A stretch of DNA of 64,000 bases from contig CAVVUS010000023.1 of the NCBI GenBank assembly GCA_963751345.1, positions 96,001 to 160,000 on the forward strand. The letters are read 5' to 3'. The notes under the pieces were generated by a model. The model was not told where the DNA came from. It saw nothing but the letters and a program-made list of their open reading frames with translations, and made no database searches. The DNA comes from an uncultured Chloroflexia bacterium. Lineage in GTDB: Bacteria > Chloroflexota > Anaerolineae > B4-G1 > SLSP01. This document shows, piece by piece, positions 11,063 through 20,920 of this stretch. Within the stretch, counting starts at the first letter, position 1. Every line of letters starts with the position of its first letter. The translations under genes were made by a program, and so were the position numbers.

Positions 11063-11190
11063 GGAACGCGAATGCACGCGAATTGGGCGAACTTACACGA
11101 AAGCTATGTCGACCATGCAACGCTCTAGATCAGGTCCATCGTAGTATATGACTTTCGCGAAGATTCGTAGGATCCGGATGATTCGCGTTT
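11063..11190. repeat. Imperfect inverted element with ~9-nt CGCGAA/CACGAA repeat arms
   Basis: AACGCGAATG CACGCGAATT GGGCGAACTT ACACGAAA ... TTTCGCGAAG ATTCGTAGG ... ATTCGCGTTT. Confidence 0.55.
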
Positions 11191-12389
11191 CATTTGGCTA
11201 ACTGAATGAGCCCCCGCTTGCCGTTGATGAGCCAGGTGGGGTCGGCGGCGGCGAGGGTCTCGGCCTGGCCTGGCGCAAGGCCGACGATGATCTCGCCCTT
11301 GAGCGTGCGCAGGATCAGGAAGGGCCGCGGGAAGTTGGCGGTGACGGCGTCCAGCCGCGTGTCCGGGGGCCAATGGCGGTCGTCCAGCAGCCGGCGGTAG
11401 TTCACGTCTCCCTTGAGGATGACCAGGTCGGCGCGGTCGAGCTCGGCGCGGACAGCGTCGGGGAGATCGTAGAAGCTCAGACACCGCGTCCAGAAACGAT
11501 CCTTGGCGAGCACCAGTGCTCCCGAACTCAAGGCCGCGTCCAGGCGGGCACCGAGGGCCGCCATGCCCGTGACTTCGCTCGCCGCCAGCCGGGCGATCAT
11601 ATGGCGGATGTCCTCCGGCATCGCGTCCGACACAAAGAACGGCTGGTTCTTGAGGTGGAAGGTGACCCGCCGAGCCAGCCTGCGGCCTAGCAGATGGTCT
11701 GTCAGCACCAGGTCGAAGAGGCTGTCGGCTCCGACGTTGTCGTTGATGAATGCGACCTCGCCGACGCCCTCGGTCAGCAGGCATTCCGCCGCGGCTGTGT
11801 CATCGATCAGGATGTTCTCGGCATCGGCGGCCGGGTCGCCGACTGAACGCTCGCGCACCGTCAGGTTGCTCAGGTCGGCGCGATTGCCCCAGAGGGCAGC
11901 GTGGAGTAGCGCGATGAGGCGTGACTCTGCGGGGGTGGCCTCGATCTGGCACCAGGCTTCGGCCACTTGCGTCACCGCGCTCGCTTCCTGCGCACGCTTC
12001 TGGCGGCCGAAGGGGTCGAGCCCCTGCCACCGGCCGGGCTGGAAATAGCGCGTGGCCTCCAGCAGCCGCCGGTAGAAGTAGGTCTCTGCGAAGTACCACG
12101 GCAGATCGAGCCACGTGCAGCCCTCGTAATGCGCCCAGTGGTGGTTCCAGAAGTCGGCATCGCCCTCGGATTCGTGCAGCGGTTCGATCTGCCGGCCAGG
12201 GCCGCCGTTCTGCGTGATCTCGGCACCGAACCGCTGCAGGTCGGCCACGATGTCGGGCGGATAGACGTTGTCGGCGATGACGCGGCGGATGATCTCGGGC
12301 TTGCGCAGCACGATCGTCTGGCGCGCGAAAGAGCCCGGCTCCGAGACCATCAGCGGCGGCGGGAGGATGGGCGTGGGCATCGGTGGCAT
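11190..12389 (-). CDS. DUF89/ARMT1-family damage-control metabolite phosphatase
   Basis: PWYFAETYFYRRL, ALWGNRADLS, DNVG, PFFVSD, ILKGDVNYRRL, LRTLK motifs. Confidence 0.9.
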   Translation of the reverse strand: MPPMPTPILPPPLMVSEPGSFARQTIVLRKPEIIRRVIADNVYPPDIVADLQRFGAEITQNGGPGRQIEPLHESEGDADFWNHHWAHYEGCTWLDLPWYFAETYFYRRLLEATRYFQPGRWQGLDPFGRQKRAQEASAVTQVAEAWCQIEATPAESRLIALLHAALWGNRADLSNLTVRERSVGDPAADAENILIDDTAAAECLLTEGVGEVAFINDNVGADSLFDLVLTDHLLGRRLARRVTFHLKNQPFFVSDAMPEDIRHMIARLAASEVTGMAALGARLDAALSSGALVLAKDRFWTRCLSFYDLPDAVRAELDRADLVILKGDVNYRRLLDDRHWPPDTRLDAVTANFPRPFLILRTLKGEIIVGLAPGQAETLAAADPTWLINGKRGLIQLAK

Positions 12390-14160
12390 TCAGGGCAGCA
12401 TCAGCCGCAGGAACTCCTGCTCGGCCTCGGTCGTCCACTCCATTCCGTTGCGCATCTTCGCGTAGACCGACGGCAGCACATCCTTCAGATCCTCAATCGC
12501 CGTCAATGGCAGCGGCTTGATCTGCGGGTAGATGACGATCTTGCCCGAATAGGCCGTGTCTGCCACCGCGTTCAGGCCATCCCACGCCGCTTCCAGCGAC
12601 CCGATGGCGGCGACCGAGCGATTGGGCGAGAGTTTGCCCGTCTCGGCCTGGTTCAGCATGAAGGTCATATTCTGTATCGTGGAGGCGGAGTGTCCGATGA
12701 TCCGCGTCTGCTTCGAGGTAAGCACTGCTCAGATCCATCCGCGCGTACTTTCCCCGCGCGACACCGGCGAAGATGTTCATCACACCGTCGTGGGCCAGAT
12801 AGGTGGCGGAATCGGCGATGACCGCGGGCACCGGGGCCAGGACGATGACGTCGTCAAAGCCCGAGTCCTTGAACCGCGCCATCGCGGCCTTGTATGCATC
12901 CGCATTCGTTGGGTTGAGGCAGACGAACTCGATCCCTTTACTGACTGCCTCTGCGCTGAAGCTCGTGCACAGGTCGTCGAGCCGCTCGTCGCTGATGTCG
13001 GTGCAGACGATGGTGCTGGGCGGTTCGGCGTCCTCAATGGCGCGCTGCACGTGCATGCGGCCCATAGGACCGCCCGCGCCAACGAACCAGGCCGCGCCCC
13101 CGGGCTTGAGCGTCGAGCGGACCGGCGTCTGGCTGTAGGCCTTGGCGATGTCGGGGCCGGTGCCTCCGAAATAGACCCAGCGGTTGTAGTGGATGCGACC
13201 GACGTCGACGTTGACGGGGCGCGACATCGGCCGGTCATCGATAATGGCCATAATCCCATAGCTGGCCAGATTGGGGCCGGCGCGCTCGATGACGTCTGGG
13301 TCGGCGCCGAGCACGATGATGTCGTCGACCCCGTGGCCGGTGCTGCTGCTGACCTCGGCCGGTGAAACAGGCGAGTCGTCGGTCTCAACAGTCGCCGGAT
13401 CGGGCATCTCGGGTACATCAACGACCTCAATGCCGAGGTCGCGCGCTTGTGTCCGCAGCCAGGTATCGAACGTGGGCGGGACGTTTGTCAGCATCAGCTT
13501 GGACGGGTGGGCGTGGCTGTCGAATCCGTCGCCGATGGTATAGTCATCTTTCGCCAGCGGGGTGCCGATGACCCACATAGTCCCCTTGGGGCGGATCATC
13601 GTCCGGTACCGCAGTTGGTAGGCGGCGATGACACAGGCCCACGGTTCGGTGAGGGCGGCCTCGGCGTAGCCGGTATCGGGTGCTACCCGAATCAGGTAAT
13701 TGCCGTGATCGCCGTTCAGCACGCGCTGATCGATCACGGTGTACTCCGAGAGACCGCCCTGCATCTCATAGCCGTAGGCGTAGCCCACGCCGTTCACAAA
13801 GATGTCGGCCTGGACGATGAAGCGGTCTCCCACCTGGTACTGGTCCTTCAGATCGTCGCCCACCCTGACCACGGTCAAGCTGACCTCGTGGCCGAGCACG
13901 ACCGGATCGTCCTTCATGTTACGATAGATGCGCGGGTGCTCCTGCCCGGCGCGGATCACCTTGATATCGGAGAAGCAGTGTCCGCACGCATCGTGACGTA
14001 CGAGCAACTCATCGGGTCCATAGTCGGGCATGGGCACCTCGATGGGCTTGTGGTCAATGCCGAGATTCTCAAACCCGGCGCCGTAGAGGGGCCAGAGGCG
14101 ATTCCTGGTCGGCAGCGGCGCATCTGCGCGCTGGTAAGCTTCAAACTTGTCGGTGGTCAT
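12390..14160 (-). CDS. Extended Zn-dependent alcohol dehydrogenase, L-sorbose-1-phosphate reductase (SorE)-like; frameshift near 12720
   Basis: DACGHCFSD..LGHE GroES domain, AALTEPWACV, FVGAGGPMG Rossmann motif; the tail (GKIVIYPQI..WTTEAEQEFL) is in ORF 12390..12725. Confidence 0.75.
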
Positions 14161-14187
14161 AGCTGTACACACTCCTTCGCTTTGTTA

Positions 14188-14333
14188 AGCAACTAGCCTA
14201 TAGCGGTCAGCTTTCAGCATGAAGTAAGGAGTATGGAGTACGAAGTATGCCTCAGAGCAAGGCTCACTGCTTACTCCATACTTCTTACTCCCCGTCCCTT
14301 GCTGAAAGCTGACCGCTGATTGCTGATCGGCTA
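14188..14333. repeat. Nested heptamer-arm palindrome: family B inside family A
   Basis: AGCAACT AGCCTAT AGCGGTC AGCTTTC AGC / GAAGTAA GGAGTAT GGAGTAC GAAGTAT / loop / TTACTCC ATACTTC TTACTCC / GCTGAAA GCTGACC GCTGATT GCTGATC. Confidence 0.85.
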
Positions 14334-14334
14334 C

Positions 14335-15448
14335 TCAATCATACCTACAATACTGCTCCACACACGCCATCATCCAGCGCATACGCCCGACGCCGGTGCC
14401 GGCGGCCAACGAGCCGGCAGTTGTGACTTCCAGCCCGCCCGACTCTCCTGCCTTCTCGAAGTCGGAGACAATGCGCGACTTGATGGCCTCCGGACTGCCA
14501 TTGCGCAGCAGAAAGGGTGGCATCTGCCCGTGGATGAGCGCGTCGGGCATCCTCTCGCGGATCAGTGCCGCGTCGACGTCAGGGCCGTAGTTGACCGCCC
14601 GGATGCCCAGGTCGTACTGCATGTCGAGCAGATGGCCCATCGAGCTGTCGGAATGCTGGTATCGCCGGGCCTCACCCGGCGCCATGGCCTCGAGCACCTT
14701 CTCGAGCACGGGGACGCAATACTCGCGGTAGAGGGGCCGGTTGAAGAGTGCGCTGTTGTCGTCGGTGATCCACCAGCCCGGCTCCGTGTTGCCGCTGAAT
14801 TCGCGAAGCAGCCGGTTGAACTCGACCATCTTCGTGGCCAATAGGTCGCGGAAGCGGTGCATCAGCGTCGGGGTGATCCATCATCCAGAAGAAAACGGTC
14901 TGGGGCTGGAGCACCGACGTCATGATCGTGGCCGGGCCTCTGCTGCCGGTACCCAGCTTCGGAAGTGGTTTGCCGGCCTCCTTGCGGGCTTCCCACTCAG
15001 CCAGGAAGGCTTCGGGGAAGCTCCAGGTCGCCAAGTCGGTGGCTTCTGCCTCGTCCAGGATCCCGGCAAACTCGTCCGGCTTGTCGGTGGCTGGGGTTAG
15101 CCACGGGGTGCTGGATTCGCGGTAGGAGAAGGCGCAGCCGAAGAGGTTCTCGATGCGCTTGGGCTCGTATTCCCACGTATCCTCATCGAAGAAGGTGCGG
15201 CCGACGTACTCCTCGGTGACGGCGTTGACCTCTTGGTGAAGCGCGTCGCGGTATGCTTTGTCCCGATAATAGCGCAGCGTCGAGGGCACATTGAGGAAGC
15301 CGAAGATCCAATGGTCGTCCGGCGAGAAGGAGAGCGAGGCGCGCGGCTTGTCGAGCGTGAACGACCCGCAGCACTCGTTCTCGGCCCAAAACGAGGCGGT
15401 GTCCAGACCCTCGGTCAGGGCCATGAACTCGGGTTCGATGATCGCCAT
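14335..15448 (-). CDS. Uroporphyrinogen decarboxylase (URO-D/MtaA)-fold protein; frameshift near 14865
   Basis: ITDDNSALFN..LYREYCVPV, RYQHSDS, GQMPPFLLRNGSPEAI; features of the URO-D TIM-barrel family. Confidence 0.75.
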
Positions 15449-15459
15449 CGGTGCGCCCC

Positions 15460-16042
15460 TCAGTCGTCCTTCACTTGGAGAGAGTGCCCGATGTCAAAGG
15501 AGTGCGCCAGGTAGTCTGCCGATCCCGTAGTAGCCCCTGCTGTCCGGCGCATAGATGAGTGGGCGGACCTTCTCGACGTCGATGTGGCCCTCGTCGTCGA
15601 AGACGGCCTCCTCTGCCTTAACGTCGACAATCTCACCCACGAAGAGCGTGTGGAGCCCGATCTCAAGCGTGTGCAGCAGCCTGCATTCGAGCGCCATCGG
15701 GTACTCCTCGACGTAGGGAGCGTCGACTAACTCACTCCGTGTCGGTGTGAGCCCGGCCTCCGCGAATTTGTCCGCGTCCCGTCCCGACACGATACCCGCG
15801 TAGTCGGCCTCCGCCACGTACGTCTCCGAGGGGATGCTGATGGTGAAGGCCCCGCGGGCGACGATGTTGCCATGGGTGAGCGTCGCCGCGCGCAACCCGA
15901 TCGCGACGGCGGGCGGGCGCGAGCAGCAGATGCCGCCCCAGGCCGCCGCCATCATGTTCGGACGGCCCTCGGGGCCGTAGGTCCCCACGATGAAGACCGG
16001 CGTCGGGTAGACGATGGTTCTCGCGCCACGGGACTTTTTCAC
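15460..16042 (-). CDS. Flavin reductase (flavoredoxin-like) protein; frameshift near 15510
   Basis: YPTPVFIVGTY, NMMAAAWGG, GIVSGRDADKF, ALECRL, HTLFVGEI. Confidence 0.88.
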
Positions 16043-16063
16043 CTTAGTACCTCCTCGCAAAGA

Positions 16064-16125
16064 AGCGATCAGCGGTCAGCTATCAGACCTTCCCTCTGAC
16101 CGCTGGAAGCTAACGGCTGACAGCT
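16064..16125. repeat. Heptamer-arm palindrome, family A (AGCNNTC units), standing alone
   Basis: AGCGATC AGCGGTC AGCTATC AG-accttccct-CTGACC GCTGGAA GCTAACG GCTGACA GCT. Confidence 0.8.
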
Positions 16126-17467
16126 CTCAGCACATCGTCCGGATCACCGTCTGCGCCGACATCCCGCAACTGATCGAGACCTCTCTCTCCGGGAGGCAGA
16201 CGCCGACCCAGGGCCGTGTAGAAGGCGTTGCGATTGGCACGCGTAGGCAGGCGACGCTGCGCCCACCGGCTTTGGTACCCCAGGCCCAGCTGCCCGTTCG
16301 AGGGCTGTGTGCCCGTACACGAAATAGGCGCCATCGAGGAAGACGTCGCGCACCGGCGCCAGTTCGGGCGCGTCGAACTGGTCGATGAGTGGTTTGCCAA
16401 AAGCGTTCATCTCGGTGCCGACGTTGATCGGCAGATCGAGGGCCTTGGCAAGGTCGACGATGTCGTAGAGGTTCCGGAGTTTGGTCTTCTTGTCCTGCGG
16501 GTCGGCGATGTTCCAGTTCCGGTCGGGGATGACGTTGAGCGCGACGGCGCCCTTGGCCACCATCAGGCCGAACAGCTCCTCGGCAGCCTCCTCGCCCTCC
16601 GACGTGCCGTCCAGCCACGTGATGGTAGGCAGGGCCCGGCAGGCCGTGATCACGGTGTTGACCTCCTCGACTGTTGGGAACGTATCCGGCCCCGGCTTGA
16701 TGTAGCCGACGCCGCCCTGCTTCATCAGCTTGGAACGCACCAGGTTCTGGATCTGCGGCCCCCTATCGATTACGGCGGCAACCCGCGCCTGCGGCACGTC
16801 GAGCTTTGCGGCCCAGAAATCGACGGGATTGTGTATCGTGGTGTCGGCTGCCTCGACGTAGGCCGCACACATATGGCGCTCCGTCGCGTTACCGGTCGGC
16901 GTCAGCGGAAGCACGTCGCGGGCGTAATCAATGGCGACGGGGTCGAGATAGGCGTTGATGCGGTCGATCATCTCGCGGTTGCGGTCGGCCGCGCGCCGGC
17001 GCATATCACCCAAGATGGCGCGTGCCTCCGGCTCGGTCGCCGGGACCTGACTGGAGGTGAAGCCGATGCCCATATGGTAGTAGATTCCCGGCTCGCCAGG
17101 GGAGTTGATCTCACGGGTAGCGAACTCCGGCACGTAGGCCCGCGTCTCCATGCCGGTGCTGCCGCGCAGCGAGACGTGGTCGCAGGCGGTCAGGAACTCG
17201 TCGACGCCATCGAGCACGTCGAAGTCGACGATTCCCATGAGCTTGTAGCCGTTGTGCCGGGCCAGCCACGCCAACGCCGTGGGCGACAGGCCGTACCCAT
17301 TATAGGAATAGAAGGTATGGCAGTGCATGTTGGCAACCTCTGTGGGCTCGGGCAGCGTCACCTCGCCGGCCTCCACCAGCGCCATCAGCGAGGCCAGTGC
17401 CTCTGCCCGCACCTCCGGATCGAAGTCGTTCAGTTGCTCTTCGAGGAGTCTGAATGTGGTAGTTCAT
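16110..17467 (-). CDS. PHP-domain metal-dependent phosphoesterase-like protein; frameshifts near 17450 and 16290
   Basis: NMHCHTFYS (HxH), MGIVDFD, GMETR, ATERH motifs; N-terminus LLEEQLNDFDPEVRAEAL. Confidence 0.7.
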
Positions 17468-17490
17468 ATGGCTGGTTCCGTCCTTGACTG

Positions 17491-17613
17491 AGCGGTCAGT
17501 CGTCAGCAGCGACTAGGAAGTATGGAGTACGGAGTAGGGTCTGGTCTTGTCGGCCTACTTCTCATTCCATACTCCGTACTTCTCTTCTGAAGGCTGAAAG
17601 CTGATCGCCGATA
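17491..17613. repeat. Nested heptamer-arm palindrome: family B inside family A
   Basis: AGCGGTC AGTCGTC AGC / GAAGTAT GGAGTAC GGAGTAG / loop / CTACTTC TCATTCC ATACTCC GTACTTC / TCTGAAG GCTGAAA GCTGATC GCCGATA. Confidence 0.85.
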
Positions 17614-17619
17614 GTTTGT

Positions 17620-18792
17620 CTACCCAAACGTCTCCCGCATCCGCTCGCAGTAATACTGCACGTTCTCCCACTTGCTGTCGGGCGCGAGGCGGTGGTCGGG
17701 GCAGGGGATGTAGCCGCCGAGATCGACGAGCGGCTTGAGACGCTCGATCTCCGCGTCGACGGCGGCGTAGTCGCGCGTAAACACGACCTTGTTCATCCCA
17801 CCCACGCCGAGCAGGTCGCGCCCGTATCGCTCACGCCAGGGCGCGATGCTGGAGCCCCACGTTCCCACCTCGATGGGGAACATCGTGTTGACGCCATTGT
17901 CTAGCCATACCGGGACCAGCTTGGTGACGTCACCGTCGCTGTCCAGCGAGACGATGTCGATCCCGTAGCTATTGACCAGGTCCGTGATGCGTTTGTAGTG
18001 CGGGCCGACCTTCTTGCGGAAGATCCGCGGGCTGATCAGGGGGCCGCTCTTGAACGAGATGTCCTCCCAGAAGTGGGCGAAGTCGAAGGACGCGGGGCCG
18101 CCGTCGGGGCAGACCATGTCGAGCGCTGCCTCCGTGCAGTTGTAACAGAGGTCGGCCACCGTCTCGATGATCTCGTCCAGCAGCGCCGGGTCGTCGACCA
18201 GGAGGTAGGAGAGGCCGACGATGCCCAGCCAGTTGCGGATCACGCCGAAGAGGCTGCCGACGTTCAGGCCGTAGGGGTCTTCCCAGGCGCCCGCCTTCAG
18301 ATAGGCGTCGCCGCCGCGGTCGTAACGCACCATCTCACCGTCCACGTTGACGTAGCTGTGGGTGATGCGCTCGGGCTCGAACTGCAGCTTGGGCAGGTAG
18401 AGCGCCTCCCACGACGCCCTATCCTTGAGCAGGTGCTCGATCTCCTTGGGGATCGAGGTGACGTCGTCCTTCTGCAGGATGACGGTGCCCTCGTCGTTGA
18501 GGACATGGCGCGAGCCGTCGGGGAAGGTCTTGACGATCCTGGTCTCAAAGGCCGGGCGCAGCCGCGTGCTGGGAGAGAAACACGTGCTCCAGTTGAAGTC
18601 GAAGCCCAGCAGGTCGGCGATCTCGGCGTCCGTGGGGTTGCCGTCACCCCAGGTATCGGCCTGCGACTGGGTGATGTGGCCCTCCGCCGCCCACTTGTCC
18701 AGCGTCTCGTCCCAGTAGCCGAAGTGGACGAGTGGCATACGGTCGTAGTCCTGGTAGTGCAGGATCGCGTGAACCCGTTCGCGGTTGTTCAT
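17620..18792 (-). CDS. Uroporphyrinogen decarboxylase (URO-D/MtaA)-fold protein
   Basis: MNNRERV..YDRMP N-terminus, FWEDISFKSGPLISP, DSDGD, GGMNK, GGYIPCPDH. Confidence 0.88.
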   Translation of the reverse strand: MNNRERVHAILHYQDYDRMPLVHFGYWDETLDKWAAEGHITQSQADTWGDGNPTDAEIADLLGFDFNWSTCFSPSTRLRPAFETRIVKTFPDGSRHVLNDEGTVILQKDDVTSIPKEIEHLLKDRASWEALYLPKLQFEPERITHSYVNVDGEMVRYDRGGDAYLKAGAWEDPYGLNVGSLFGVIRNWLGIVGLSYLLVDDPALLDEIIETVADLCYNCTEAALDMVCPDGGPASFDFAHFWEDISFKSGPLISPRIFRKKVGPHYKRITDLVNSYGIDIVSLDSDGDVTKLVPVWLDNGVNTMFPIEVGTWGSSIAPWRERYGRDLLGVGGMNKVVFTRDYAAVDAEIERLKPLVDLGGYIPCPDHRLAPDSKWENVQYYCERMRETFG

Positions 18793-19856
18793 CCGCCAGC
18801 TTCCTCCCCAATCCGGATGATTGCACGGAGCACACCGTCCTCGTAGCCGGCGACCAGCTCGAAGGCATCGACGATGCGGTCCAGTGAGAAATGGTGTGTT
18901 GCCAACGCCCCGACGTCGATCATGCCCGTGCTGACCATCCGGATTGCCCGTGGGTAGGTGTGTTTCATCCGGCGCACGAGTTTGATGGTCAGTCCTTTGC
19001 GGCGCACCTGGGAGGCCGTCATCGTCATCTTGTCCTCGACGGGAATGCCCACCACGACGACCTTGCCGCCCGGACGCGTCACGCGTGCAGCTTGGTCGGG
19101 TGTATCCGGGGCACCGGCGGCTTCGAACGCGACGTCGACGCCGCGCCCGCCGGTTGCAGCCATGATCGCAGCCACGACGTCCTCGGTCTCGGGATCGAAG
19201 ACGGCGTCCGCACTATGCTCCAGGGCGAAGGCGCGCCTGGCGGCGTTCGGCTCCGTCATATAGACGGCGCCCGCTCCCCCGGCTCGCGCGACGGCCGCGG
19301 TCAGCAGCCCGACCGGCCCCGCTCCGAACACGGCGATTGTCTCCCCCACCTTGAGGTGCGCCAGGTCGACCGTGTGAATGCCGATACCCAGGGGCTCCAG
19401 CAGCGCACCCTCCTCGGGCGTGAAACCCTCCGGCAGCACAAAGCAGTTCTCGGCGGGCATCACGGCATACTCGGCAAAGACGCCGTCGATGGGCGGCGTG
19501 CCACAGAAGCGGACGTTCGGGCATAGGTTCGGGTGGCCGTGCTGGCAGGATTCGCAGACACCGCAGGAGATAGCAGGCTCGACGGCCACCAACTGTCCGA
19601 TTTCGAGGCCCTCGACCCCTTCCCCGAGCTCCGCGACCCATGCCGAGAACTCGTGGCCCATCTGGATGGGCTCCGTCACGACCTGGTCGCCGATGGCCCC
19701 TTCCAGGTAGTAGTGAACGTCGGACCCGCAGGTCCCAACGGATGCGATCTTGAGAAGCACCTCGCCCGGCCCCGGCTCGGGCACCGGCGCCGTTTCAACC
19801 CGCAGATCGCGGATGCCGTAGAGGCGCGATACTTTCATGCTATAGGGATGTGTCAC
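18789..19856 (-). CDS. Zn-dependent polyol (sorbitol/iditol-type) dehydrogenase
   Basis: GTCGSDVH, MGHEFS, CGVCESCQHGHPNLC, GAGPVG; start is GTG 19856 or ATG 19838. Confidence 0.9.
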   Translation of the reverse strand: MTHPYSMKVSRLYGIRDLRVETAPVPEPGPGEVLLKIASVGTCGSDVHYYLEGAIGDQVVTEPIQMGHEFSAWVAELGEGVEGLEIGQLVAVEPAISCGVCESCQHGHPNLCPNVRFCGTPPIDGVFAEYAVMPAENCFVLPEGFTPEEGALLEPLGIGIHTVDLAHLKVGETIAVFGAGPVGLLTAAVARAGGAGAVYMTEPNAARRAFALEHSADAVFDPETEDVVAAIMAATGGRGVDVAFEAAGAPDTPDQAARVTRPGGKVVVVGIPVEDKMTMTASQVRRKGLTIKLVRRMKHTYPRAIRMVSTGMIDVGALATHHFSLDRIVDAFELVAGYEDGVLRAIIRIGEEAGG

Positions 19857-19877
19857 GTTCAGTGTCTCCTTCCGCTC

Positions 19878-19915
19878 AACCTTCGCAAGGTCCGAAAGAC
19901 AACCTTGCGAAGGTT
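19878..19915. repeat. REP-like palindrome doublet
   Basis: AACCTTCGCAAGGT-ccgaaagac-AACCTTGCGAAGGTT; related copies at 29810-29878 and 63019-63033. Confidence 0.7.
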
Positions 19916-19927
19916 CCCGATGAGATG

Positions 19928-20713
19928 TCAAGCTTCGCCCAGCAGCTTCCGTCGGTAGGCTTCATCCGGGCGGGTGTGGATGCGACCCACGTTCTCCTGC
20001 GAGAGAAAGTGCGGACCGCCTGCGGAATAGGCGCCCAATAGCACCCGCGCTGTCTTGACCATCATAGCCGTGATGTTCTCGACCTGCTCTGCAGAATGTC
20101 CCAGAGCCACGACGCCGTGATTCTGCATCAAGAGGACGCGCGGTCGCTCCTGATACGTGTCGATGTAGTCGTTGATCCGCCGCCGGATCTCGCGGGCTAG
20201 GGGAATGCCGGGGTCCGTGTAGGGCACCATCACCACTGCCGGGCCACACATCACGATCTCGTCGGGGAAGAGGCGTCCGCCAAAGGCCTCCTCGAATACC
20301 GCCGAGCACGTCAAGGCATTGACCGCGGTCGCGTGGGTGTGTCCCACGAAGTTCACATCGGGCAAGCTCAGACAGATGGCATGGAAGACCGTCTCGGTAG
20401 AGGGGCGGATGTCGCTGTTGGGGGCGGGCCACCGACCCGTCTCCGGGTCAACGCGAACGTCGAGCAGCCGTTCCTTGATCTCGCTGTCGGTGAGGGTTCC
20501 CTCGTCAAGGACTTTCAGGGCGCGCTCCAGTGACACGCGCACGAAGCCGCTTTCATCGATCGAGGGGAGTTGGTGCCCGCTGGCCTTGACCCAGAAGGTC
20601 CCGTCGGGGTTCAGAGCCGAGGTGTTGCCTTCGCCGAGGATCACGTAGTCATTCTTTGGGTCGCCAAGCCGAGTTGACATGGCAACCAATTGTCGCAGTG
20701 TTTCGTTCATCAT
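19928..20713 (-). CDS. Class II aldolase/adducin family protein
   Basis: GEGNTS, WVKASG, PSTET.FH, GHTH, MQNHGVVA. Confidence 0.9.
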   Translation of the reverse strand: MMNETLRQLVAMSTRLGDPKNDYVILGEGNTSALNPDGTFWVKASGHQLPSIDESGFVRVSLERALKVLDEGTLTDSEIKERLLDVRVDPETGRWPAPNSDIRPSTETVFHAICLSLPDVNFVGHTHATAVNALTCSAVFEEAFGGRLFPDEIVMCGPAVVMVPYTDPGIPLAREIRRRINDYIDTYQERPRVLLMQNHGVVALGHSAEQVENITAMMVKTARVLLGAYSAGGPHFLSQENVGRIHTRPDEAYRRKLLGEA

Positions 20714-20920
20714 CGTCTCCGTTGGGTAGAAGTCGGGAATTCATTCTACTGTAGCCAAGTTCGGATGTCAAAGCTCCGCTCTCGGCGCCGGGGACGCCAA
20801 ATTCCGTCTGCGGCGTACGATCCCCGGCACTACCTCGGTCTGTTTGTACCCTTTTGCTCCGGCCCTATAATCGCAGGCAGGTCGAGTGTTCCATAGTCGC
20901 TGAGTCCCTGGAGGGTACTG

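Noticed and set aside
14188-17613. Repeats as a CRISPR array
   Set aside because: The units are 7 nt, arranged as inverted arms without unique spacers, and no cas genes are present.
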